From the NCBI GenBank assembly GCA_016188115.1, contig JACPIK010000002.1, positions 599,847 to 631,846 of the forward strand: a stretch of 32,000 bases of DNA. Reading direction: 5' to 3'. Every line of letters starts with the position of its first letter. Within the stretch, counting starts at the first letter, position 1. The position numbers and the translations under genes are program-made. The notes under the pieces were generated by a model, which searched no databases, had not been told where the DNA came from, and saw only the letters and a program-made list of their open reading frames with translations. This stretch comes from Candidatus Woesearchaeota archaeon (lineage in GTDB: Archaea > Nanobdellota > Nanobdellia > Woesearchaeales > GW2011-AR9). This document shows, one piece after another, positions 1-7,617 of this stretch.

Positions 1-20
1 GCAAAGGAGTACTTAATGCC

Positions 21-320
21 ATGGATCAAGTAGAGGTGTATCTTGAAAGTGGCCCAGAACCAGAACCGACACCAGAATACCTTGCTGCAGAACGCATTGG
101 TAAATTTATTGTCTTCGGATTTCTTTTCATCATCGTGGGTATTTTCATTACAATAAAAATGGTATGGCGTAATCATGCTCCTCGTAAATGGAAAGACAAT
201 GATTACTTTAACGCGGCACTAGGCGCAGTATTACTAGGAGGCCGACGCGGAGGAAGTGGCGGCTTTGGTGGATTCGGAGGAGGAGGATTCGGCGGGGGCG
301 GCGGCGGAGGAAGCTGGTAA
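21..320 (+). CDS. small single-pass membrane protein with a Gly-rich C-terminal tail, like the tail of TPM/YgcG-type partners of LemA
   Basis: 99-aa ORF with AAGGAG about 11 nt upstream. Hydrophobic helix FIVFGFLFIIVGIFITI. Tail is GGRRGGSGGFGGFGGGGFGGGGGGGSW. No TPM domain is present. Confidence 0.5.
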   Translation: MDQVEVYLESGPEPEPTPEYLAAERIGKFIVFGFLFIIVGIFITIKMVWRNHAPRKWKDNDYFNAALGAVLLGGRRGGSGGFGGFGGGGFGGGGGGGSW

Positions 321-357
321 ATTAGTTAGAATAAGTAACAAAACGGAGGTTAATATC

Positions 358-528
358 ATGATCACTGAAAAAACATTCATGTGCCCACGTTGTAGCGTTG
401 GCATGAAAAAAATAAAAAGAGACAACGTCATCTTAGATATTTGTACTAAATGCGGCGGAATGTGGTTAGATCACGATGAAATTCCTAAATTAGCAGAAAT
501 TGCTAATGCTAAATTCAAAAAAGGATAG
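358..528 (+). CDS. zinc-ribbon protein (TFIIB-type zinc finger, PF13453-like)
   Basis: GGAGG lies 7 nt upstream of the ATG at 358. Motif is CPRC..x17..CTKCGGMWLDHDEI. The longer ORF starting at 256 is an out-of-frame reading of the Gly-rich tail of the previous gene. Confidence 0.6.
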   Translation: MITEKTFMCPRCSVGMKKIKRDNVILDICTKCGGMWLDHDEIPKLAEIANAKFKKG

Positions 529-584
529 GTCCTACAAAATGAACAATAAACAGGAATCAAAATAAGAAAAAATAGGAGGAAACC

Positions 585-1166
585 ATGACATTAAAAACAA
601 GCCATAAAATACTTATCGGCGTTGGCATCTTCATTGTACTCGTTGCATTTTGGGCAATGATTAGTTACAACGGACTCGTCAGTGCTGATGAAACTGTAAA
701 CGAAAAATGGGCAAACGTACAAACAGCCTATCAGCGACGTGCGGATCTTATCCCCAATTTAGTAGCAACAGTACAACAATATACAAATTATGAGGGTGAA
801 GTGCTTACCGAAATTACCCAAGCTCGGGCATCTATTGGTAAAGCAACAACTCCTCAAGATCTCGCAGCAGCAGGTCAACAAATGGATAGCGCGTTGTCAC
901 GTCTTTTAGTAGTTGCAGAAAACTATCCTGATCTTAAAGCCAATGAGAATTATCTTTCGCTTCAAGATGAATTAGCAGGAACGGAAAATCGTGTTAAAGT
1001 AGAACGTGACCTCTTTAACAAAGCTGTCAAAGAATTTAATATTAAAGTACGTCGCTTCCCAACTTCAATTATGGCAAGCTGGGGCGGATTTGAAACTAAA
1101 CAAAGTTTTGAAGCGCAAGCAGGGACGCAAAATGCGCCTGATGTAAATACCCTCTTTGAAGAATAA
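585..1166 (+). CDS. lemA: LemA family protein
   Basis: N-terminal TM helix followed by the typical LemA core (NGLV..DE.V.EKWANVQTAYQRRADLIPNLV..., ENYPDLKANENYLSLQDELAGTENRV). TAGGAGG SD upstream. Confidence 0.85.
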   Translation: MTLKTSHKILIGVGIFIVLVAFWAMISYNGLVSADETVNEKWANVQTAYQRRADLIPNLVATVQQYTNYEGEVLTEITQARASIGKATTPQDLAAAGQQMDSALSRLLVVAENYPDLKANENYLSLQDELAGTENRVKVERDLFNKAVKEFNIKVRRFPTSIMASWGGFETKQSFEAQAGTQNAPDVNTLFEE

Positions 1167-1316
1167 GATTGTTCTTTTTTTCTCTCTTTTTTTAATTATT
1201 GTTTTGATGAATTGAAATTTTGTTAAAAAGGTAGGTTGTAGCATTGTAAGTCGAGCTATAAGTCCACCACCTTACACACACCTAAAAGACAAAATTAGTC
1301 ACTTTTAAGTAATAAA

Positions 1317-1326
1317 TTTATAAAAA
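1317..1326 (+). promoter_or_regulatory. TATA box (TTTATAAAAA) for kinase gene 1
   Basis: The box starts 30 nt upstream of the ATG at 1347. Several other genes in this window show the same spacing. Confidence 0.5.
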
Positions 1327-1346
1327 ACAGCTAATTCTATCTCCTC

Positions 1347-2441
1347 ATGCTTGACCTTGATAAAACACCAATAACGCCGTACCGATTTAAACAACCTGTC
1401 TTTGGAGAGATGATCTCACAAGAGGCTCTACTTGGAAGAGGAGGAATGGGAGAAGTATATCGTATTGTAAAAGACCGACAAGGATTCGCTGTAAAAGTAG
1501 TTCGACCGGATCTACTTGAAACAAACCCAGATCATTTCCAATCTTTAGCGCTCGCCGAAGCACGTATTGCCTATGCTGCAGGGCAAGTAAGTGATGCATT
1601 ACCCAAAGTATATGAGTACGATTCTATTCCGGATTATGCTCCAAACTCAAAAAGACATTTAAGAAATGTTGCCATCAGAATGGATTTAATTGGAGGAACG
1701 AATGTAGATCAATTGCTTCAAGATCAGAAATCACCACCAGATATAAGAGATTTACTCAAAGTATTTTATGATACCCTTCAATGCCAACAAGCACTCATCA
1801 GAGAGATTGGAATAGTTCACCCAGATTATAAGCCAGGTAATGTAGTCTACGAAACAAAAGAAAAACCAGGGCTTGGTAAAGCAGTATTGCTAGATTTAGG
1901 AGTGACAAAACTTTTAGAATGGTCACCTTTACGATATAGTGTACCTCAACATATAATTGATATTTTAGATGCCCATTCCGGCGGAACTATGGAATACACT
2001 TCTCCAGAAGAGTTAAGAGGTAAAAATCCTAAGCGTGAAGAACTTCTTGTACCCATTGCGACATTTAAAGCTGGACTAGTGGGATATGAACTTCTCACAG
2101 CAAAATCACTCTATAACGAAGCTGCCCAAAAAATGGGAATACTAGATTTTCGGATGAAAAATCATATAATTATGATGTCCATCATGCATACAGCTATCCA
2201 ACGTGGAGTTCTGCATACAGCGTTAGATGACGGTCAAGACCAAGTAACATCAAATCTAGAAACGAGAATGGGAAAATCAACACCATATCAAGATATAAAA
2301 GACCTGTTTAAAGTTCTCCATCAAAGTATAGAATACCACGCAAGAAAACGACCTTCCTTATCACAGTTGCAAGATGCCACACAAGTACTTTTAGAGGATT
2401 TAATACTTTTCGAAGGAGAACTGCCATTGCGAAGATTATGA
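1347..2441 (+). CDS. eukaryotic-like Ser/Thr protein kinase, non-RD type
   Basis: Gly loop GRGGMGEVY, beta3 Lys in FAVKV, catalytic loop HPDYKPGN (D-x-K-P-x-N kept, HRD Arg absent), DLG in place of DFG, GTMEYTSPEE (APE-like), and a late RPSLSQL. Confidence 0.75.
   Translation: MLDLDKTPITPYRFKQPVFGEMISQEALLGRGGMGEVYRIVKDRQGFAVKVVRPDLLETNPDHFQSLALAEARIAYAAGQVSDALPKVYEYDSIPDYAPNSKRHLRNVAIRMDLIGGTNVDQLLQDQKSPPDIRDLLKVFYDTLQCQQALIREIGIVHPDYKPGNVVYETKEKPGLGKAVLLDLGVTKLLEWSPLRYSVPQHIIDILDAHSGGTMEYTSPEELRGKNPKREELLVPIATFKAGLVGYELLTAKSLYNEAAQKMGILDFRMKNHIIMMSIMHTAIQRGVLHTALDDGQDQVTSNLETRMGKSTPYQDIKDLFKVLHQSIEYHARKRPSLSQLQDATQVLLEDLILFEGELPLRRL
1429..1467 (+). repeat. 39-nt exact repeat, copy A (partner at 2672-2710)
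   Basis: TACTTGGAAGAGGAGGAATGGGAGAAGTATATCGTATTG is identical in both kinase genes and encodes the Gly loop LLGRGGMGEVYRI. Confidence 0.9.
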
Positions 2442-2589
2442 GAATAATCACAAAGAAACAATAATCATCAAAATAAAGCAACTATACCTCTTCTGTTCTT
2501 TTACATCCACACTCACTTCACCAAGTTAATTCCCCCCCACGGAGAAAGATGAGATTAAGTGAGTAGGTGCTAGTTCTAACATAATTATA

Positions 2590-3780
2590 ATGACATACAC
2601 ACCTGCTCTAGAACCTGATGGCTATCGGTTTACTCACCCTGTCTTTGGACAAAGAATCTTACACAACCAATTACTTGGAAGAGGAGGAATGGGAGAAGTA
2701 TATCGTATTGAAGAAAATGGAACACCATACGCGCTCAAAGTAACTCAACCTCAATTTCTTGCACGAAACGAGCAATTCTATCAAGCACTCGCCATCGCTG
2801 AAGCGCGTATTACCAGAGCAGCGCATAGTATTAGCGATTGTTTTCCGGAAATATCAGACGTAGCCTACGTTAAAGACTCTTCGCAAGGTCACCCCGTAAC
2901 CAACGTAGCAATAAAAATGGAATATATTGCTGGAGAAAATTTGGATAATAGAACAATAACAACACCCTCTCTTGAGATCTCAGACATACTTAAAGCATTT
3001 TACGACAGTCTTGTGGGACAACGCCTTCTCGCTCAGGAATTAGGAATTATTAATGCAGATTACAAACCCTCAAATATTATGTATACTTCCTCTAACACAG
3101 CAGGTTTAGGAAGAGGTAGAGTTATTGACTTAGGAATTGCTAAACTTCTTCATTCTTCTCGACTGCGACCCTCCATTCCTGATCTTGCTCTAAAAGCACT
3201 CGATTCCCATTCTTATGGCACAATAGAATATAGCAGCCCAAAAGAATTAGCCCAACAAGAAGAACCAGGAGAACCAATATTACAATTTAAAGCAGGATTA
3301 GTAGGATATGAGCTCATCACAGATCAATTATTTTACGATGCCCTTGCACAAGAACATGGAGGAAAATTTTCCCAACTGCCATTTCTTGATAAAGCGAAAG
3401 CGTTGTTCTATATTGGAAATGATTTTGTAGGTATTAACAAAGTGATGAATGCCGCTGCCGAACAATATATCCAACAAAATGCGCTCTCAGCTCACGCAGC
3501 GCAAGCGTTGCGAGACCAGTTCAGCGTACTCACGCAAGCGCTTCATCCTGATCCTGTAAAACGACCAGGACTCTTAGTCATTGAAAACACCACGCTTACA
3601 ACACTTCATGCTTTCTTGCAAATGCCCTATCAATCAAGTCAACCAGAACACATCCAGAAAGAAAATACTCCTACTCTCTCATTAAATTCAGCAGACCTTA
3701 CATTACCACCCACTCAACCATTAGATGATTTAGTAGCAACTATCCCATTAACCTCTGAGCAAATGACTTTTTTAAATTAG
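2590..3780 (+). CDS. eukaryotic-like Ser/Thr protein kinase paralog, non-RD, with a P/T/Q-rich C-terminal tail
   Basis: Same motif set as the upstream gene: GRGGMGEVY, YALKV, INADYKPSN, IDLGIAK, GTIEYSSPKE, KRPGL. Collinear with gene 1 from the N-terminal YRF.xPVFG motif. Confidence 0.75.
   Translation: MTYTPALEPDGYRFTHPVFGQRILHNQLLGRGGMGEVYRIEENGTPYALKVTQPQFLARNEQFYQALAIAEARITRAAHSISDCFPEISDVAYVKDSSQGHPVTNVAIKMEYIAGENLDNRTITTPSLEISDILKAFYDSLVGQRLLAQELGIINADYKPSNIMYTSSNTAGLGRGRVIDLGIAKLLHSSRLRPSIPDLALKALDSHSYGTIEYSSPKELAQQEEPGEPILQFKAGLVGYELITDQLFYDALAQEHGGKFSQLPFLDKAKALFYIGNDFVGINKVMNAAAEQYIQQNALSAHAAQALRDQFSVLTQALHPDPVKRPGLLVIENTTLTTLHAFLQMPYQSSQPEHIQKENTPTLSLNSADLTLPPTQPLDDLVATIPLTSEQMTFLN
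2672..2710 (+). repeat. 39-nt exact repeat, copy B (partner at 1429-1467)
   Basis: Identical to copy A at every position, including synonymous sites. Confidence 0.9.
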
Positions 3781-3887
3781 ATTCCAAATTAGAATTTAAT
3801 CAAAACCCGAAAACATTAAATTTCAAAAAATATCCTGAAAGCCAATTTACCCTAAAATTTATAACTAATTCCCTTTCTGCCATTTCT

Positions 3888-3992
3888 ATGAAGCATGATC
3901 AGACTCCCCTGTACCGTTTTGATAAACCAGATTTAAATGATTCAAATCCAAACCACAAATGGACATCTAAACAGCCACAAGGCAACGCATAA
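3888..3992 (+). pseudogene. 34-codon ORF, possibly a relic N-terminus of a third kinase paralog
   Basis: MKHDQTPLYRFDKPDL... resembles the kinase N-termini (DKTPITPYRFKQPVFG and EPDGYRFTHPVFG). TATA-like AATTTATAAC lies about 27 nt upstream. No kinase domain follows. Confidence 0.25.
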
Positions 3993-4074
3993 ATTTATGT
4001 GTAGCAATCATTTCTTAGAGTTAAAACTATAAGACACAGATTAAATATCCCCGTTTCAGAACACAACATCAACC

Positions 4075-5661
4075 ATGATTCCTCTTAACACTCTTCCACA
4101 AGACCCTGGTGTCTACCAATTCAAAGATAAAGACAATAAAATTATTTATATTGGTAAAGCAAAGAATTTACGCAAACGGGTCTCGCAATATTTCCAAAAT
4201 CCAGAACGACACGCTATCAAAACACAAGTATTAGTACGACAAATCGAAAACATTGAAGTAATTATTGTAGATAATGAAGTGGAAGCCCTCCTGCTCGAAA
4301 ATCGCCTCATCAAAAAACACAGCCCAAAATATAATATCAATCTCAAAGACTCTAAAACCTATGCATACATCACGTTAACTCAAGAGCCCTACCCTCGTCT
4401 TACCACCACTCGCAATAACAATGCCAAAGGGAAATTATTTGGACCGTATACAGATGGCAGTGCCCGTCGGGAAGTCTTTGATCTTGCACAAAAACTTTTC
4501 AAATTACGGGTTTGCCGTACCATGCCTAAACGCGCCTGCCTTAACTATCACTTAAATTTGTGCACTGCACCATGCATCCTTAACGTCAACAAAGAACAGT
4601 ATCAAGAACAGGTCAATGATGCTACCAAATTTCTCAAAGGAGATATCAGTCAAAGTGTAGAAAAATTAGAACAGGAAATGAAAGAAGCTTCACAAGAGAA
4701 GAAGTACGAAGTAGCATTAGAGAAACGTCGACAAAAAGACGCATTGCTTCATCTCACGCAAAAACAAAAAGTAGATCTTATCAAAAACATCGACCAGGAC
4801 TTTATTGTCTACACCACTCAAGAAAATCGGTCTAGTATTGAAATTTTTTCAGTAGTGCGTGGAGTGATTTCAGGTAAAAAGAATTTTCGATTTGAAACAC
4901 AAGAAGACCTCTTCGAAGAGTTTATTACACTCTATTACTCTCAAAATCCCCCTCCCCATGAACTTGTGGTCAATACTGTCTTTTGGCAAAACGAACCAGA
5001 ACGAGAGACTATAGAATTATATCTCTCCAAAATAAAAGGAAGCACAGTTAAAATTACGTATCCTCAACGCGGAGAGAAAAAAGAATTGCTCATGCTTGCG
5101 GAAAAAAATGCTCAATATGGGCTTGAAAACGCGACTCTTAAAGAAATTCAGGAAAAACTCTGCCTTCCTCATCTCCCATTAGTAATCGAATGCTTTGATA
5201 TCTCCAATCTAGGGCGAGAGCATGTAGTTGCCGGCATGACCCAATGGGTCAACGGTAAACCAAACAAATCAGAATACCGACGTTTCGAAATCCAAACCGT
5301 GCAAGGTCGACAAGATGATTTTGCTGCCATGTATGAAGTTATACAACGCCGCTACAAACGCCTGCGTGATGAATCTAAGCCATTTCCGGACTTAATCATT
5401 ATTGATGGAGGAAAAGGACAATTAGGCATGGCCTGCAAAGCACTTGAAGAATTAGGACTCCAAATTCCCCTCTTTGGTCTAGCAAAAAGAGAAGAAGAGA
5501 TTTATCTGCCTCGTGAAGAAAATCCACACCTCTTTAACACCAATAGCCCCATGATGCTTTTTATTCGTAGTGTGCGCGACAGTGTGCATAACTACGTGTT
5601 GTCATACAACAAAAAGAAACGCCAAATGAAATTCAAAAAACAGACAAAAGAAGTGGACTAA
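4075..5661 (+). CDS. uvrC: excinuclease ABC subunit C (UvrC), lacking the C-terminal (HhH)2 domain
   Basis: GIY-YIG N-terminus (GVYQFKDKDNKIIYIGKAKNLRKRV), Cys cluster CRTMPKRACLNYHLNLCTAPC, UVR-like coiled segment, RNase H-like endonuclease domain (ECFDISN, IIIDGGKGQL, VRDSVHNY). The protein ends about 10 aa after that domain. Confidence 0.9.
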   Translation: MIPLNTLPQDPGVYQFKDKDNKIIYIGKAKNLRKRVSQYFQNPERHAIKTQVLVRQIENIEVIIVDNEVEALLLENRLIKKHSPKYNINLKDSKTYAYITLTQEPYPRLTTTRNNNAKGKLFGPYTDGSARREVFDLAQKLFKLRVCRTMPKRACLNYHLNLCTAPCILNVNKEQYQEQVNDATKFLKGDISQSVEKLEQEMKEASQEKKYEVALEKRRQKDALLHLTQKQKVDLIKNIDQDFIVYTTQENRSSIEIFSVVRGVISGKKNFRFETQEDLFEEFITLYYSQNPPPHELVVNTVFWQNEPERETIELYLSKIKGSTVKITYPQRGEKKELLMLAEKNAQYGLENATLKEIQEKLCLPHLPLVIECFDISNLGREHVVAGMTQWVNGKPNKSEYRRFEIQTVQGRQDDFAAMYEVIQRRYKRLRDESKPFPDLIIIDGGKGQLGMACKALEELGLQIPLFGLAKREEEIYLPREENPHLFNTNSPMMLFIRSVRDSVHNYVLSYNKKKRQMKFKKQTKEVD

Positions 5662-5747
5662 CATTACATCAGACTTATCTCATTCAGCCCCAAAACAAAT
5701 TTAAACCCCCCCTCCCTTTCACTTGGTAGATGTTAACAAAAGAGGAG

Positions 5748-5876
5748 ATGGACGAGCTATTTTTAGATATTGTAGATATCACTATTAAACCTATTTCAGA
5801 TAAAGCGATAACCAGCTGCTGCAAATCATACCTAACCACGAAAGGACGTTGCTACACCTGCCCACAAGACTACTAA
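5748..5876 (+). CDS. 42-aa Cys-containing small ORF (speculative)
   Basis: MDELFLDIVDITIKPISDKAITSCCKSYLTTKGRCYTCPQDY. GAGGAG lies directly upstream. Its stop is 2 nt before the next ATG. Confidence 0.25.
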   Translation: MDELFLDIVDITIKPISDKAITSCCKSYLTTKGRCYTCPQDY

Positions 5877-5878
5877 AA

Positions 5879-6076
5879 ATGAAACCACGCCTCTGTCCAA
5901 AATGTGGATCCCCCCAAGTTGAAGTATATGACGTTGGATTTCTACGTTGTAGACAATGTGGTTATGATGAGTTAGAACCAGAACCATTAGGTTATGATCC
6001 TCGTAAAAATCAGAAAGCAAAAACAGAATTTACACCATATAAAACTGGCGGCGCAAAAAGAACTATAAAAAAATAA
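5879..6076 (+). CDS. small zinc-ribbon protein with a basic C-terminal tail
   Basis: MKPRLCPKCGSP..x13..CRQCGY (CPxC/CxxC ribbon). The ATG at 5879 is preferred over the TTG at 5849. Confidence 0.5.
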   Translation: MKPRLCPKCGSPQVEVYDVGFLRCRQCGYDELEPEPLGYDPRKNQKAKTEFTPYKTGGAKRTIKK

Positions 6077-6082
6077 AAAGAT

Positions 6083-6637
6083 TTAAAGACGAGTAACCTG
6101 ATCAGGTGTTTGTTCACCAACGATGTTCTTAGGCTCTTGATTTTTTCGTAATTCTTCTGCAACAACTCGCACAAGATCACCACAAAGCATAACAGCTCGT
6201 TCACCCTCGCGAGTATCAAAGCTAAAATTCTTCACTTCAGGTGCTGCGTGAATCATATAAGAAGCAGTTCCAATCATATCGCCAGGCATAGGATTAGCAA
6301 ATCCATCAATACCTCGATCTTGACAAGTTGTTAAAATCCCTTTGTCATTAACAGATAAGATAAAGTAATCAAATGGTCTAAAACCTGCTTTTTCTCCTTC
6401 TGCTCCTACTGCAGGAACATAGCGTAAGCCTACGTTACCCATATCTGCAAAGTTTGGCAAGACTACATGATATCCTTGAAGAGCAGTGCCTTGTAACAAT
6501 GCAACAGGTTCTTTATTTCCATTATCGCGGGCATATTGCGCAAGTTCGAAGCGATCACTTCGAGGAGTTGGTTCTGCTGCTTGAGCAGGCATAGCTAGAG
6601 TTCCAGCCACCATAATTGGTAATGCGTATTGTTTCAT
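6083..6637 (-). CDS. secreted hypothetical protein
   Basis: Sec-type signal MKQYALPIMVAGTLAMPAQA|AEP. SD-like GAGGGTGAT lies 5 nt upstream of the ATG. GC is somewhat higher than in neighbouring genes. Confidence 0.6.
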   Translation of the reverse strand: MKQYALPIMVAGTLAMPAQAAEPTPRSDRFELAQYARDNGNKEPVALLQGTALQGYHVVLPNFADMGNVGLRYVPAVGAEGEKAGFRPFDYFILSVNDKGILTTCQDRGIDGFANPMPGDMIGTASYMIHAAPEVKNFSFDTREGERAVMLCGDLVRVVAEELRKNQEPKNIVGEQTPDQVTRL

Positions 6638-6768
6638 TTTTAATCACCCTCATTTAGTAATAACATCAAGAATGAGGCCTAGTTTATAAACTTTTTGTTA
6701 AATTGTCACTATCAAGTGACTAATTATGTAACAAAACGATTAAATAATCGCCCCCCTCACGTATCATC

Positions 6769-7533
6769 ATGAAAATAATATCGTGGAACGTCAATGGCAT
6801 TCGAGCCTGTCTTAAAAAAAAATGTCTCGATCCAATCTGGCACGACGTAAAACCAGATATATTTTGCATCCAAGAAACCAAAGCTCATCCCGATCAAGTT
6901 GACCTTATTCTCAAAGAGTATGAACATCACTTTTGGAATTCGTCAGTACGTCCAGGCTATGCAGGTACAGCCATCTTTAGTAAAATTAAACCAAAAAGCG
7001 TTACCTATGGAATCAACATAAAAGAACACGATCAAGAAGGTCGAGTGATAACGGTCGAATTTGATACATTCTATCTAGTCAATGTCTACGTCCCAAACTC
7101 CGGTCGTGGATTACCCCGTCTTACCTATCGCAGCGAATGGGACAAAGATTTCCTCCACTACCTTAAACAGCTTGAGAAAACTAAACCAGTTATCATCTGC
7201 GGCGATCTTAATGTTGCGCACAAAGAAATCGATCTTGCCAACCCTAAAAGTAACTATAACAAAACTGCGGGCTTTACTCAAATAGAAATTGATGGCATGA
7301 ATAATTTCATCAACGCAGGCTTTATCGATTCATTTCGCGAATTCCACAAAGAAGGCAACCATTACACCTACTGGGGCGCCTGGAACGGTTTACGCGAACG
7401 CAACATTGGTTGGCGTATTGACTACTTTTTAATCTCACCTTCACTACGTAAACGCATTCAGGACTCATTTATTTTGCCAAAAATAACCGGCTCAGACCAT
7501 TGTCCCGTGGGAATTATCCTTGAAGAAAAGTGA
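6769..7533 (+). CDS. xth: exodeoxyribonuclease III (AP endonuclease, EEP fold)
   Basis: MKIISWNVNGIRA..., FCIQETK, YVPNSG, ICGDLNVAH..IDL, WRIDYFL.S, GSDHCPV. Confidence 0.9.
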   Translation: MKIISWNVNGIRACLKKKCLDPIWHDVKPDIFCIQETKAHPDQVDLILKEYEHHFWNSSVRPGYAGTAIFSKIKPKSVTYGINIKEHDQEGRVITVEFDTFYLVNVYVPNSGRGLPRLTYRSEWDKDFLHYLKQLEKTKPVIICGDLNVAHKEIDLANPKSNYNKTAGFTQIEIDGMNNFINAGFIDSFREFHKEGNHYTYWGAWNGLRERNIGWRIDYFLISPSLRKRIQDSFILPKITGSDHCPVGIILEEK

Positions 7534-7617
7534 ATTGAATCGCAAAATAGAGAACTAAATCCAAACTCTTAAATATCACATCTTAACTTTCAATTTTTAA
7601 AAAGAGAGAAAAAAGAG

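Noticed and set aside
256-357. N-terminal 34 codons of the 90-aa ORF at 256-528
   Set aside because: This part is an alternative-frame reading of the GGN-rich tail of the preceding gene. The ATG at 358 has a GGAGG SD, and the zinc-ribbon domain starts there.
5832-6219. Antisense ORFs 5832-6020 and 6010-6219
   Set aside because: They overlap the zinc-ribbon gene and the 3' end of the secreted-protein gene and have no supporting signals.
6705-6720. 16-bp palindrome GTCACT-ATCA-AGTGAC in the divergent promoter region upstream of xth
   Set aside because: The 6-bp arms are short, it occurs only once, and there is no adjacent regulator gene. This is not enough to call an operator.
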